A stretch of DNA of 63,890 bases, the filler included, from Chiloscyllium plagiosum (taxonomy: Eukaryota): the NCBI RefSeq assembly GCF_004010195.1. It is 5 parts of one record of this genome, joined end to end, with 100 filler letters (N's around TTAATTAATTAA, not from the genome) between each part and the next. Parts side by side here need not be neighbours in the genome. Positions count along the whole stretch, not along the records: positions 44,689 to 58,164 come from NC_057712.1; positions 58,265 to 63,890 come from NC_057712.1; 3 more parts are not named here. One strand, 5' to 3'. The position numbers and the translations under genes were made by a program. Under the pieces are notes generated by a model. It saw only the letters and a program-made list of their open reading frames with translations, was not told the origin of the DNA and ran no database searches. Shown here one piece after another: positions 48,525-61,995 of the stretch (its first letter is position 1; every line of letters begins with the position of its first letter).

Positions 48525-48743
48525 GTAGTGTTGTGCTGGAAAAGCACAGCCAGTCAGGCAGCAGCCGAGGAGCAGGAGAGTCGATGTTTTGAGCATAAGC
48601 TCTTCACCGTGAATGTGATGAAAGGCTTATGCTTGAAACGTCGACTCTCCTGCTCCTCGGATGCTGCCTGACCACAGTACCACACCTTTCCAGCACCACA
48701 CTTTTTGACTCTGATCTCCAGCATCTGCAGTCCTCAATTTTTC
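48525..48743. mobile_element. PLE-derived fold-back element with decayed opposed hammerheads, about 15-bp TSD
   Basis: Inverted arms centred near 48610; TSD cttcaactgtgccac at 48510-48524 and cttcaacttgtgccac at 48744-48759. Confidence 0.85.
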
Positions 48744-48796
48744 CTTCAACTTGTGCCACCCCTACAACTGCCCAGCTAAGATCAACATAGATGTTG

Positions 48797-50257
48797 CTAC
48801 CCTTCGCAAATCCGTGCTGGCTGTCCCTAATCAAGCAGTGTCTTTCCAGATACTCATAAATCCTATCCCTCAGTACCCTTTTCATTATTTTGCCTACCAC
48901 AGAAGTAAGACTAACAGGCCTGTAATTCCCGGGGTTATCCCTATTCCCTTTTTTGAACTGGGGCACAACATTCGCTACTCTCCAGTCCCCTGGTACCACT
49001 CCCGTTGCCAGTGAAGACGAGAAGATCATTGCCAACGGTACTGCACTTTCCTCTCTTGCTTCCCACATAATCCTAGGATATATCCCGTCAGGCCCGGGGG
49101 ACTTGTCTATCCTCAAGTTGTTCAAAATGTCCAACACATCTTCCTTCCTAACAGGTATCTCTTCTAGCTTACCAGTCCATTTCACACTCTCCTCTTGTAC
49201 AATACGGTCCCTCTCGTTCGTAAATACTGAAGAGAAGTACTTGTTCAAGACCTCTCCTATCTCTTCCGACTCAATACACAGTCTCCCACTACTGTCCTTG
49301 ATCGGACCTACCCTCGTTCTCGTCATTCTCAGGTTTCTCACATACGCATAAAATGCCTTGGGGTTATCCTTGATCCTATCCGCCAACGATTTTTCATGCC
49401 CTCTCTTAGCTCTCCTAATCCCTTTCTTCAGGTCCCTTCTGGCTATCCTGTATCCCTCCACTGCTCTGTCTGAATCCTGTTTCCTCAACCTTATGTAAGC
49501 CTCCTTTTTCCTCTTTACCAGACATTCAACCTCTCTCGTCAACCAAGGCTCCCTCACACGACCATTTCTTTCCTGCCTGATAGGTACATACATATCATGG
49601 ACACGTCGTATCTGCTCTTTGAAAAAGTTTCACATTTCCACCACATCCTTCCCTGACAGCCTGTGCTCCCAACGTATGCTCCTCAAATCCTGCCTTACAG
49701 CCTCGTAATTTCCCTTCCCCCAATTATAAAATCTACCTTGTTGTGCGCACCTATCTCTCTCCATAACCAAGGTGAAAGTCACAGAATTGTCACCATCACC
49801 AAAATGTTCACCCACTAACAAGCCCACCACTTGTCCCGGTTCATTACCGAGTACCAAATCCAATATGGCCTCCCCTCTGGTTGGACAATCTACATACTGC
49901 GTTAGAAAAGCTTCCTGGACACACTGCGCAAACACCGCCCCATCCAATCTTCTTGATCTAAAGAGCTTCCAATCAATATTTGGGAAGTTGAAGTCGCCCA
50001 TGACTACTACCTTGTGGCTTCTGCACCTTTCCAAAATCTGTTTCCCCATCTGTTTCTCCACATCTCTGCTGCTATTGGGGGGCCTATAGTAAACACCCAA
50101 CAAGGTGACTGCACCTTTCCTATTTCTGACTTCAGCCCATACTACCTCCAGAGGCAGATCCCCCTCAAACTTCCTTTCTGCAGCCGTTATACTATTTCTA
50201 ATTAGCAATGCCACCCCCCCCTCCTTTTTTCCCACCCTCCCTAATCTTACTGAAACT
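48797..50257 (-). mobile_element. Young CR1 ORF2 segment (APE endonuclease, linker, RT start)
   Basis: ORFs 49630-50257 (GGVALLI..YYRPPNS..MGDFNFPNIDW) and 48797-49593 (KSPGPDGIYPR..NYRPVSLTSVVGK..SQHGF). Confidence 0.93.
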
Positions 50258-50484
50258 TCATTGTTTCCTATAATTACATGCTCTTGTCTTGCCTCTGTGT
50301 TGGAGTGTCTCTCTAAGCCATAAAAAATTCCTGCCTTGATTTCTGCAGTCCCCCCCTCCTTTTTTCCCACCCTCCCTAATCTTACTGAAACTTCATTGTT
50401 TCCTATAATTACATGCTCTTGTCTTGCCTCTGTGTTGGAGTGTCTCTCTAAGCCATAAAAAATTCCTGCCTTGATTTCTGCAGT
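50215..50484. repeat. Exact 135-bp tandem duplication (probable assembly artefact)
   Basis: 50215-50349 is identical to 50350-50484 and straddles the CR1 5' truncation junction. Confidence 0.88.
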
Positions 50485-50525
50485 AAAATGCCAATCTGCT
50501 GAGAAACTGAGCTAGTGCATGCTTT

Positions 50526-50890
50526 TAGAATAGAATAGAATACCTACAGTGTGAAAGCAGGCTGTTTGGCCTTTCGAGTCCATACTGACCCTCCAAAAAG
50601 CATCCTACCCAGAACCACCTGCCTAATCTGTCCCTATAACCCTGCATTTCCCAAGACTAGTTCACCTAACCTGTACATCCCTAGAAACTATGGGGCAATT
50701 TAGCATGGTCAATCCACCTATCCTGCATATCTTTGGACTGTGGGAAGAAGTGGATGCACCCAGAGGAAACCCACAGAGAGATGGGGAGAATGTGCAAACT
50801 CCAAGCAGGCAGTCATTTGAAGCTGAAATCAAAGACGGATCCCTGGTGCTGTAAGGCAGCCTTGCTAACCACCAAGCCATCATGCTGTCC
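50526..50890 (-). mobile_element. Older, diverged HE1-type V-SINE
   Basis: Reverse-complement V-domain (ctttggactgtgggaagaa..gaggaaacccac..gggagaatgtgcaaactcc) and (TTCTA)n tail. Confidence 0.85.
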
Positions 50891-51179
50891 AGCTGTGTGG
50901 AACAATGGGCCAGGGACACATCCTGCAACTGTCCCTATGGAGGAGCCTCCTATGATTCTGGCAGTTATAATGAAAGTGAGGACAAGGAGCGTCATGAAGG
51001 TTAGAGGTAGATAAAGATAAATATTCACCCTGACTGGAGACCAAACAGTAAAGTGGACAGGTTTCTGATTGGTTTCTGCGTTCGAGTTTCTAAAGATTAA
51101 AGTATCCCAATTTGGCAGAAATTATTTGTGTAGGGCAAGTTAATTCCAGAGAAGACCACTGAGTATCGGTGTTCGGATG

Positions 51180-51718
51180 ACATGTACAGAATACTGGTGA
51201 GGCCTCTTTTGGAATGTTGCGCATAATTCTGGTAGCCCTTCTTTAAGAAGGATATTGTTAAACTTGAGACAGTGCAAAAAAGACTTACAAGGATTTTGCC
51301 AGGGTTGGAGTGTTTGAGCTATAGGGATGGGCTAAATAGGCTAGGGCCTTTTTCCCTGGATCATTGGAGACTAAGGGGGTGACCTTATAGAGGTTTATAA
51401 AATCATGAGGGGCATGGATAAAGTGAGTAGTCTTTTTCCTCAGGTGGAGGTGTCGAAAACTGGAAGGCATAGGTTTAAGTTGAGGGGAAACATTTAAACA
51501 GTTTTTCACACAGAAAGTGCTGCATGTCTGGGTGAGAGGAAGTGGTGGAAGCTGGTACAATTATGACATTTAAAAGTCATGGATATATGATAGGAGGGAT
51601 TTAGAGGGATATGGGCCAAATGCTGGCAAATGGGACTAGGTCAGATTGGGATATCTGGTAGGCAGGGACAAGTTGGACTGACGGCCTGTTTCCACACTAT
51701 AGTACTCTATGACTCTCT
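51180..51718 (+). mobile_element. CR1 3' fragment
   Basis: gaaggatattgttaaacttgag..gggtgaccttatagaggtttataaaatcatg.. and tail actctatgactct. Confidence 0.88.
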
Positions 51719-54289
51719 AATTAAGTAAATAATAAAATGCAAGTATCTATGTGTGATGGCTTCTTGCCACCTGCTTGTGAAAAAATCAACTTGCCATCTA
51801 AAGAGGGAGGAACTTTACTGCAACATTAACTCAGTGGAGAGATTCAGATTTTTGGACTCTTGCACTAAAAGTCATCTTGCTCACTATTACACCTCAGGGA
51901 GTGGAAATTATGCTCAATGAGTGGTATTTAGTCTGGGCATTCCTGCTGGTGCACCCCGAGTTGTCGGGGACCATTGGAGCAGGCAGGAAAGTGCCTGCTG
52001 AACACAATCACTTGGTAGTTGGCCAACTCAAGGAAAGCAGCACCCTGCGCTTGCTCAACTACATGGGGAAATGGGCCCTTTTGCTGCAGTCACCAATAAT
52101 CAAGCCTCTGGCAGCCCTCCCTCTTGGCACTGCTCCACTCCTGCACCCAATGTTGTGATCTCCATGAAGAATTTATGAAGGCTGAGTTATTCTGTTTATA
52201 AAAAGAATCTTGTTCCATGTCAGATTGCTGTAAGTTTAAACTGAATAAAACATAAAAGATACCAGTCATAATTGAATGGCAGAGCAGATGTGAAGAGCTG
52301 AATGGCCTAATTCTGCTTCTATATCTTATGGTCTTAAGGAAAATAATCTAATGGATCTGTACATTTTGAGTCACCAAATGTTTCAGAACACTTTTATGCA
52401 CTAAGCTTTCTCTTGACAGCTAAAAGCCCTAGCTGATCTAATTCACAAGCTCCAGTTAAAGTTCCCATGACACTGTGGTCTGTTTTTAATATAAATATAA
52501 TGGAAAATTGCTGAGTGAAGGCTATTTTAACACAGAAAGAAAATTACTCTCAAATGTTGATCACTCAGATGGCATGTAAATATGAGCACCTTGCCCACCT
52601 ACTGAACAGTGTGCATTATGCATGAATCACTTAAGCCAACAGATTACTTATGGCTGGACTCTGACTTCCTCAGAGACTTGTAGCTCTTTTATGTGAACAA
52701 TGCCACTGAGGTTTGAAAGGATTGGGAGTCCCAGTGTGAGCAATATTTACATTCAGCAGCAGGACAGAATTCATGATTACTCTTGACTACTAATCCAATG
52801 TTGTGCCTTTCTTGATACTGCACCTATTTGACATCTGTTACAGCTATAGTGCTGTCATTAGAAAGGAGGAGTTAAATAAAAGAAACATAGGTAAAAGCAT
52901 AACCAAAATGGAGAATGTTCCTTTCTTAGAATTTTGGGTTTGCTGACTTTTACACATCTCCAACCAGACGGTGTAATGAAATTCACAATCCAAGCAGCTA
53001 ATAGGAGATGGATAGGTCTGAACTGCATAGATATAAAACTAGCATAGACAATGCTTCAATGTGGCAGCACACCAATACTGCTATTTTCGAAAGGAAGGAG
53101 AGAGATTACTGACTAATACAGGCCAATTAGCCTAAAATCAATTGCTGGGTACATGCTGGGATCTATCATTAGGACCTATGAATGATGCACTTTAGAAAAT
53201 CACAACTTTATCAAACAGAGACTACATGGTATTATAAAAAAGAAATAGCTTTCAACTAATTTATTATAGTTTTAACAGGATGTAACGAGTTGGGAAACCA
53301 ATAAATGTAGGCTTATGATTACATCCATATCTGGGAGCAATTGGTTGAAGACATGAAATCAGCAAAAGCTCTTTCAGCAATTACTGCAACACTTGGTTGA
53401 GATTTTGGAAACATCTAAACAAAACAACAAAATGTGGAGAAGTTTAAAAACAATCAGAAGGAAATAAATAAGCCACTAACGTGTAAATGATTACTGATTG
53501 CTTTAAATGGGGAAATGTGGTTTTATTGAATCAACTTGTGTAGATATGTTGGGACAGACATCTAAGACAGGTAGACCTTGAACCTAGGCATCCTCACTCA
53601 GAGGTAGGGACTGTATCATTTTAACACAGCACCTACCGAGGATAATGGGCTTCATTTTGCCTCATGCACATTCGCTGTGTAAATTTAAGGGATTATACAT
53701 GCTGGATGATGGACCGTCAAAATGGAAGTGCTGGTTCAAAATTAGCACAGAATGTTACTGACATGAAAATATGCAAAGTGGGCAGATCAAAAAGATATCC
53801 TGCACTTATCTCTTCACCAAGTTCATGTCTGGTGCACCTCACAAGAAAAGAAAGTGTGCAAACAATACAAATAGCATTTTGAATCCAATTGTGTCCAAAA
53901 ATAGGTCACCCTGAGACACTTCGGCTATGACAGGTATAAAAAGTTTCATCTCTTGTATGCAGCTTATCTGAGGGTCTACGCATGGCATTCATCATGTCAA
54001 TACCATTCACAGTATTGTCTTCTGGCTAAAGAAGTCACTGCTGCCAATGGACCTCACTCGTCCATGCAGAAGAGAAAGGAATTTAGTGGAAATACTGGTA
54101 AGGACTAATCTAACTTCTTCAGGTTCATGTCCATTTCATGTTGTACTTTGATTTAATGTGTCTTCCAGAGTCTGTAAAGTTCTAATATATTGTAATTTTA
54201 TTCACACTATGGTATTTATACTGTAATGTGCAACTCCAATACAACCTCACAAGGTTACTACAGAATCCTGAAATCTTTGCACAAATCAT

Positions 54290-54770
54290 TCTCCTTTAAC
54301 ACTTGATTTCCTGGTCCAATACCTCTCCTTCATAGTCTGACTGCCTGAGGCCTGACTATACTTGGTTCCATTCTTATTTGTGCTGTCATTGCCAGAAAGA
54401 TTACTTACAATAGCTGCTCTTCTTGCTCCTGCATCATTAACTGTGCCATCTCTCAAGGAGCTATTCTTGGCCCATTCCTATTTCTCATTCCTTTGCTAAG
54501 GTCATCTAAAAGAAATTAGGATCGATGAATACACTGATTACTCTCAGCTTTGTCTCAGCAATGCACTCTGGACTCTCCATTGCCTCCAATTTTTCACACT
54601 GCGTATTCAAATCCAGAACTGGCGAAATTTTATTTGTAATTGCAAGTTGACCCAAATAAATACTGGGAAGACCTATGTCCTTAATTCCATCATTATTCTT
54701 GGTTACTGCCTGAGGTTGAACCATGCAGCTTGTTACTTTGACATCCACGTTTTCCAGTGATAAACTGTAT
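54290..54770 (+). mobile_element. Old L2-clade RT remnant
   Basis: SQGAILGPFLFLI and YTDYSQL correspond to degenerate PQGSILGP.LF and YADDTQL motifs. Confidence 0.5.
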
Positions 54771-54779
54771 ATCATTCCA

Positions 54780-55048
54780 TGAATGTGCATGTATTTGGAA
54801 AGGCAAGGACTAGTCAACATGGCTTTGTGCGTGGGAAATCATGTCTCACAAACTTGATTGAGGTTTTTGAAGAAGTAACAAAGAAGATTGATGAGGGCAG
54901 AGCAGTAGACATGATCTATATGGACTTCAGTAAGGCATTCGACAAGGTTCCCCCTGGGACACTGATTAGCAAGGTTAGATCTCATGGAATACAGGGAGAA
55001 CTAGCCATTTGGATACAGAACTGGCTCAAAGGTAAAAGACAGAGGGTG
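54780..55048 (+). mobile_element. CR1 RT fragment
   Basis: SQHGFVRGKSCLTNLIEVFEEVTKKIDEGRAVDMIYMDFSKAFDKVP (ORF 54779-55057). Confidence 0.92.
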
Positions 55049-55240
55049 TCCAGGTGAATGGAGTGTGTTGGGGGTGGATGAAGGGGTCCTTGGAAGGTGA
55101 GCTGGAGTCCTGATTGAAAAAGTAAGCTCGGAGGCAGAGGCGGCAGAAAAAGTGTTCAACGTCACGATGCGTATTGAATTCATTGATGCGTGGACGGAGG
55201 GGGAATAAAGGTAAAGCCTTTGCTAAGGACTGATCGTTTA
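55049..55240 (-). mobile_element. PLE ORF N-terminal fragment
   Basis: SVLSKG.TF.PLRPRINEFNTHRDVEHFFCRLCLRAYFFNQD matches the PLE L.KGL.F.P...F.R.LRL..YF motif. Confidence 0.75.
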
Positions 55241-56794
55241 TCACTAACACTTAGTGGGTGCGAGTGCAGAGTTGTTGAAAAATCTATTCAATCTATCTCA
55301 ATCGTAAATGTTATTTGAGGTGTTCTGTGTGGCATTGAATCATTATCGCTTGTTACCCATATTTGATTCAAATTAAATTTATGCTGTTCGCATTCAACTC
55401 ATAGCTCATATTGCAGTCTAAACTTTTTCTTTGATAATAACCCTTGCATTCTTGTTTGACTACATTTTATTTGTAATAAACTCATTATTGTTTGCTGACT
55501 GAAAGAAACCTGCTGAATTGTTTCTAAAACCTACAAAATTGTCCATGTCACCATTCTGGGTAAATTTATAATTTGCTGTGACCATTGATGGAATAGGAAA
55601 AGATAGAAAATGATGAACTTTTTCAACTTAAAAATGTTAGACATTTAACAAATTTACAAATAAATGTTTGTGCGCTTTACAGATAACAGATGGCGTAGAG
55701 ACATCAGAGGATGGTGATAGCCCTTCAGCCTCTTGGTTAGATTGTTCAGCCTTTGGTAATGCTGCCCAGAGAGCTGGACAGGATGTGGTAACTGGGAAGC
55801 AGCTGTCAACCACTCCAGCCATCGATCAGCCTCCCATATGATTGTTCTGCTCAATGACATTATCTCATTACCCAGCTGCTATGGAGCTAGCGTCAGGAGG
55901 TCTTGCATTTCATGCATACATTTGATCTACTGCTATTTGGAGGTCATCATGAGACTAGTCATAGCTGATCACCACACACCTGTTAAACTTAACTGATGCT
56001 GATGTTGTGAACACTATGGATCCCCACATTTGGAGAGCATGAGCTCACAATGTCTCAGGAAACTCAGTTAGATGGCAATTTATCTGTCACTGCAAATCTA
56101 TGTGCTAAATCCCAAAAGGAAACTGTAAAGTTCACTCTCATCACTACCCCCACCATCACCTCTAGCATTTGCTGCAACTTCTCCTCCTCCAAAGTAAACT
56201 ATGCACATATCCTCATGTAGACTGGTTCTATGTTGTTCCCTTATTCTCCCACTTTATCTCTATTATTCTCACCATCGAAGTCCATGTCACTGGGCTAGTG
56301 CCTACTGCTTAAGAAGGTAATGATGATGATAGTGATTTTGCTGATGATAACAGTGATGATAATGATCATAATCATGACATGTGCCTTGTCATTTCCAACA
56401 TCTGGCTCTTTTTCAGCAGTGGGAGACAAAGCTCCTGGACCTGTCAGAATACAGGATGTAGGTATTTTTGTATCCAAGCTCTTTATTCAGTGAGTATGTG
56501 CGCAAATCTAATTACTACTCATAAATGTCATACTGAACTTGAAGCAATGAAAATCCTGAGAAAAGTATTCAATCTGAAGTGAGATTTGGGAGGTGTAGAA
56601 ATGTTCAATTCATGTCTTCACAAGCCCAGATAAACATCCAGAACCAAGCTGTTTGTGTTAGATGTAGTCCTTAGAGGATTAACAGAACAAATGTTGATTG
56701 AATTTTGGCAAAATATTAGCAAAATGTCCAGAAAGCCTCCAGATGAATCTGAAAATCATCTTTTCCCCTTGCTGCAGGTTTGAAGTTAATAAAC

Positions 56795-57018
56795 GGGCGG
56801 CACGGTGGCACAGTGGTTAGCACTGCTGCCTCACAGCGCCAGAGACCCGGGTTCNNNNNNNNNNNNNNNNNNNNNNNNNNNNNNNNNNNNNNNNNNNNNN
56901 NNNNNNNNNNNNNNNNNNNNNNNNNNNNNNNNNNNNNNNNNNNNNNNNNNNNNNNNNNNTCGGTGTGGACTTGTTGGGCCGAAGGGCCTGTTTCCACACT
57001 GTAAGTAATCTAATCTAA
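56795..57018 (+). mobile_element. HE1-type V-SINE with internal gap
   Basis: 5' tRNA-like head and 3' tail identical in type to 11635-11946. Confidence 0.9.
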
Positions 57019-57926
57019 TACATTTAAGTATTTTTCACAATCCTCAGAAGCTATTTGTTTATGCAACATCAGTTGGTGACTATTAATGGATGCTTTCCCT
57101 CAAAGTACTGAACTGTACCAAGTGTGTTAGCAGGCATTTAGATCCTTCATAATCTTCTGCATGGCTGTTCCTAGTGGAAGCATTGATTTTTTTCCACAAA
57201 ATAGTGGCTTGCGGTTAACAACGTAACAATTGGTTAAAATGGTATTTACAGTTTAAGCCTTAATTTTGGTAATTTTGCGGGTTCATCTTGAAAGGAGCTG
57301 ACTAACAGTAATCTTAATATTGAGATCAATTTGTTTATGTACATCCTTTTTGTGTAAAGAAGTTGTAAATATATGAAATGTGAAATACGTATGATCAATG
57401 ATCCATTTCTCAAATACAATAGCAAAGACCTAACCTTGCAGTAATCTTAAAAAAACATTATTTCAGTGAAATTAAATTTATATTTTCAAGACAAGAGAAT
57501 ACCTGACTGCATGCTCCACATTGGGTTTAGTTTTTCTTTCTTTTTCTCCAGTTATAACTTATGATTCAAATAATTAGAACTCTCTAAGATGCTCTTTGTA
57601 GCTAATTTATAGTAATTATCTCTAAAAGCGTTTGTCTGTAAGTATAATAGCTATAAGTTTTTCAAAAAGATTTTGTATTTTTAATAATTGCTTGAATAAT
57701 TTAACAAAATGGAAATGAAGATAATCTTGAAAACTATGCAATTAAACTACTGGAAAATGACAATAAAGTGGGTTTAGACCGAGCAAAAACAATCATTTCA
57801 TTTTCTTCACTGGTTGAGTTTATTTTTAATATCAACTACATTTATGGAGCAATGCCAAATTTAATGACCTAAATGCTGCACTAAGGTGTATTTTGAGACT
57901 TTGAATATTATTTTGCGTAAAAAACC

Positions 57927-58164
57927 TTAGAACATAGAACATAGAAGAATACAGCGCAGTACAGGTCCTTCGGCCCTCGATGTTGCGCCGATCCAAGCCC
58001 ACCTAACCTACACTAGCCCACTATCCTCCATATGCCTATCCAATGCCCGCTTAAATGCCCATAATGAGGGAGAGTCCACCACTGCTACTGGCAGGGCATT
58101 CCATGAACTCACGACTCGCTGAGTAAAGAACCTACCCCTAACATCTGTCCTATACCTACCCCCC
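57927..58164 (-). mobile_element. Young CR1 3' end
   Basis: (CATAGAA)n tail and reverse-complement 3' UTR up to the gap. Confidence 0.9.
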
Positions 58165-58264
58165 NNNNNNNNNNNNNNNNNNNNNNNNNNNNNNNNNNNN
58201 NNNNNNNNTTAATTAATTAANNNNNNNNNNNNNNNNNNNNNNNNNNNNNNNNNNNNNNNNNNNN

Positions 58265-59178
58265 AGAAGGGTGGGTTAGTAAATTTGCAGACGACACTAA
58301 GGTTGGTGGAGTTGTGGATAGTGACGAAGGATGTTGTAGGTTACAGAGAGACATAGATAAGCTGCAGAGCTGGGCTGAGAAGTGGCAAATGGAGTTTAAT
58401 GCAGACAAGTGTGAGGTAATTCACTTTGGTCTGAGTAACCGGAATGCAAAGTACTGGGCTAATGGTAAGATTCTTGGTAGTGTAGATGAGCAGAGAGATC
58501 TCGGTGTCCAGGTACACAGATCCTTTAAAGTTGCCGCCTAGGTTGACAGGGTTGTTAAGAAGGCATACAATGTTTTAGCTTTTATTAATAGAGGGATCAA
58601 GTTCCGGAACCATGAGGTTATGCTACAGCTGTACAAATCTCTAGTGTGGCCGCACCTGGGGTATTATGTACAGTTCTGGTCACCGCATTATAAGAAGGAT
58701 GTGGAAGCTTTGGAAAGGGTGCAGAGGAGATTTACTAGGATGTTGCCTGGTATGGAGGGAAGGTCTTACGAGGGAAGGCTGAGGGACTTGAGGCTGTTTA
58801 CGTTAGAGAGAAGAAGGTTGAGAGGTGATGTAATAGAAACATATAAGATAATCAGAGGGTTAGATAGGGTGGACATGGAAAGCCTTTTTCCAAGAATGGT
58901 GACAGCGAGCACGAGGGGGCATAGCTTTAAATTGAGGGGTGACTTATATAGGACGGATGTCTGAAGTAGTTTCTTTACTCAGAGAGTAGTAAGGGTATGG
59001 AATGCTTTGCCTGCAACGGTAGTAGATTGGCCAACTTTAAGTACATTTAAGTCGTCATTGGACAAGCATATGGACGTATGTGGAATAGTGTCGGTTAGAT
59101 GGGCTTCAGATTGGTATGACAGGTCGGCGCAACATCAAGAGCCGAAGGGCCTGTACTGTGCTGTAATGTTCTATGTTC
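58265..59178 (+). mobile_element. CR1 RT C-terminus and 3' UTR
   Basis: SKFADDTK, WQMEFNADKC, ERVQRRFTRMLPGMEG and tail gttctatgttc. Confidence 0.93.
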
Positions 59179-59869
59179 AAACACTTCCAGTTGCTTTCTC
59201 TGTATTTTTCTTGTAAAGATATCATTTGAATGGAGAGATTCAATGATCATTGCACAATTTTCATAACCAATCATAATTTCTCACACATTGAAAAACTCCT
59301 TGCATGCAACATTGCATGTGGCGATAAGGGGTAAGTTCTACAAATGTCAGGCAATGGTTTTCTTCAACAGGAGATAATCTAACCATTTCTCTTTGACACT
59401 TATGGCATGACCATTACTATTATCAATGTTCTGAGGGTTATAATTGACTGTAAATTGAACTGAATTAGAAATGCATTTTTAAAAATTCATTCACTGGCAT
59501 ATGAATGCAGGAACTACTGTTGGGCCAGCATTTGTCACTCATCTCTAATTGTCCGGAGGCAGTTAATTGTCAAGCACATATACTATGGGTCACATGTAAT
59601 CCAGGTAATAATAGAATTTCTTTACTAAAAAGATAACAGTGAAACAGATAGGTTCCCACCATTCAGTAAGATCTTGGACTTCAAAATACAAATTCGTATG
59701 CAATCCCAACATTCCTTGATTTTATTACGACATGAAATTTTTCAAACACACTTAACCTCCACATCCCGCTGGAAAAGAGAACTCCAAACATTCAGAGTGA
59801 AATAAAATCTCATTTCAGTCCTAAGCATCCTGTCCATTATTCTGAACTCACCGTCTTTAAACACAATTA

Positions 59870-60340
59870 AGAAATGAAGGGAATACTTGCCACTTACCTG
59901 GATGATTGCAGCTCCACCAATACTCAGCAGCTTGAATCCATTCAGGAAACAAAATGCTTAATCAACCACCCAATCACCATCTTAAGCATTCACTCCATCC
60001 ACCTTTGGAACACAATAATATCAGTGTGTACCATATATGACATTAGACTTGCTCAACAGCATCTTTCAAATCCTGACCTCCATCATCTAGAACAAGAGGA
60101 CTTGACACATTAGAATACTACTATGAGTCATTTTTCCACCAAGTCATACACATCCTGACTTGAAACAATATTTTAATTCCTTCACTATTGTTAGATTGAA
60201 GTCCTTGATCTTTATCCTCAAGAAAACTGTGGATGTACCTACCTCACAAGGACAATAATAGTTTGTGGAAATGCCTCACTACACGCTGCTCAAGGGCAAT
60301 TAGGGAGAGGCAATCTTACCTGTGATGCTCACAAATAAAG
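59870..60340 (+). mobile_element. Old non-LTR retrotransposon 3' end (same family as 10560-10988)
   Basis: Shared motifs catcctgacttg, ttccttcact, caagggcaattaggga. Confidence 0.55.
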
Positions 60341-60933
60341 AATAGGTATATAAAAGGTCAGAGTTAAATAAAAAGATTAACTAACCAGCTTTTGAACAAA
60401 CTGAAACCTGTAACACTTGTAATATGGAAACAGAATGCAAATTAATCCTACTGTCAGACGCAATCATTAAACATTTTTAATGAAGTGTCAATTCGCAAAT
60501 TATTGTTGATTAAAGTAAAATTGACTTTTTAAAGAAGGGTTTTAATGCTGAATCATAACATAATTGTTTGATTTTTAATTTTAGTATATAAAATTAAGAA
60601 ATTCAAAAGAAATCATTGGCAATGAGATATTTAATTAATCTGCCACTTCTGAACTCAGTAGATGGATCATCTGTGTCTGGTTCTTATATGTTCAAACTAA
60701 ACATTAAAATAGAAATGACAAAGGTTTATAAAATAATTTGTCTTTTATCTCAATTTTTCAAAAAAATAGTGAGATGTCTCAGTGACTTGGAATGGAATGT
60801 CAAGATGATGCCAAAAAAAAACACAGCTTGAATTATAGCTTTTTTGGGCTAAGTTGTATTCTGTTTTTGGGAGTATTTTCCACTGTGAGGCCTAATGAGA
60901 TTTCTCACCCGATCTTACCAAACACACCATGGT

Positions 60934-61104
60934 AATAAAAGCAAATTACTGCGGGTGCTGGAATCTGAAACCAAAAGAGAAAATGCTAGAAAATCTCAGC
61001 AGGTCTGGCAGCATCTGTAAGGAGAGAAAAGAGCTGACATTTCAACAAAGGGTCAGTTAGACTCGAAACATCAGCTCTTCTCTCTCCTTACAGATGCTGC
61101 CAGA
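60934..61104. mobile_element. PLE-derived fold-back element, inversion inside the hammerhead
   Basis: Arms ctggcagcatctgtaaggagagaaaagagctga and tcagctcttctctctccttacagatgctgccag; loop holds partial core gggtcagttagactcgaaac; TSD not clear. Confidence 0.8.
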
Positions 61105-61344
61105 AAGATGCCATAGGGGCAAGGTACACTATGCTAGTAGTCTACCTTGCCCCTATGGCATCTTTCGTGTATTTTTTCCATACCATCTTACCATGTGCCA
61201 TTCCCAGAACTACTTATCATTCAGCAGGTACTAACCCAAAGACTGGTATTACTTGTGTCTGTGTCATGTTCAAAAGGCTACTTCTCACCATTACATGTTT
61301 TGGCATTCCAAAGCTACCTTGTTCATTAATAGAGAGTTAGAACA

Positions 61345-61570
61345 TGGTGAAGAGGAGATGATGGCACTGCTTTTCACTGACAGGGTCCTGGAGATTGAGA
61401 TGTTGCAAAGGAGAGGTGCCTATGTCCTGGAGGACAAGCAGAGGGGCCCACACAACCAGACCATGTCAGTCTGGTCTAAGATCACTATTTAGGTTAGTGA
61501 TTCTCCAGAGTTGGAAGAATGGCCAACAATGCTGAAAGAAGATTAAACAACCTCTGCACTCTGGCAGATA
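61345..61570 (+). pseudogene. Harbinger Myb/SANT-like DNA-binding ORF fossil
   Basis: FTDRVLEI..RR..EDKQRGPHNQTMSVWSKIT..V....RNGQQC*KKI follows the Myb/SANT (NAIF1/MSANTD-like) pattern F..E......W..I...V....R...QC.KK. Confidence 0.6.
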
Positions 61571-61574
61571 TAAA

Positions 61575-61995
61575 GATAGACTGGAAAGACTGGGACTTTT
61601 TTCATTGGAGCATAGGAGTTGAGGGGTGATCTTTTTGAGATTTATAAAATTATGAGAGACATGGATAAGGTGAATGACAAAGGTCTTTTCCCTTAGGTCA
61701 GGGAGTTCAAGATGAGGGGGGCATATTTTGAAAGGTCAGAGCAGAAAGATTTTAAAAAGGATATGAAAGGCAACTTTTTTTAAGACAGAGAGTGGTTCGT
61801 GTGTTGAGCGAACTGCAAGAGAAAGTGATGGATGTAGGTACAATTACATTTAAAAGACATTTGGATAAGTTTATGAATAGGAAAAAAGGGATATAGGCTA
61901 AAAGCTGCAAGTGGAATTAGCTTGTGAACATAGCCAGTCTGGACTGGTTGGACCAAAGGATCTGTTTCCATGTTGTATGAGTCTATGACTCTAAT
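61575..61995 (+). mobile_element. CR1 3' fragment
   Basis: agactgggactttttcattggag..gagggg tgatct..; tail gtatgagtctatgactcta. Confidence 0.85.

Noticed and set aside
48604..49593. Longest ORF (329 aa) as a host gene
   Set aside because: It is CR1 ORF2 running into unrelated and PLE hairpin sequence
50215..50484. Exact 135-bp tandem repeat that creates the odd N-terminus of ORF 49630-50370
   Set aside because: Same artefact signature; the ORF extension is spurious
57552..57637. Strong acceptor with downstream GTAAGT
   Set aside because: All frames closed; no support as a coding exon, though a non-coding exon cannot be excluded
57927..59178. Opposed CR1 3' ends around a gap as one inverted element
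   Set aside because: The 3' UTRs are related but clearly different and are joined only through an artificial spacer
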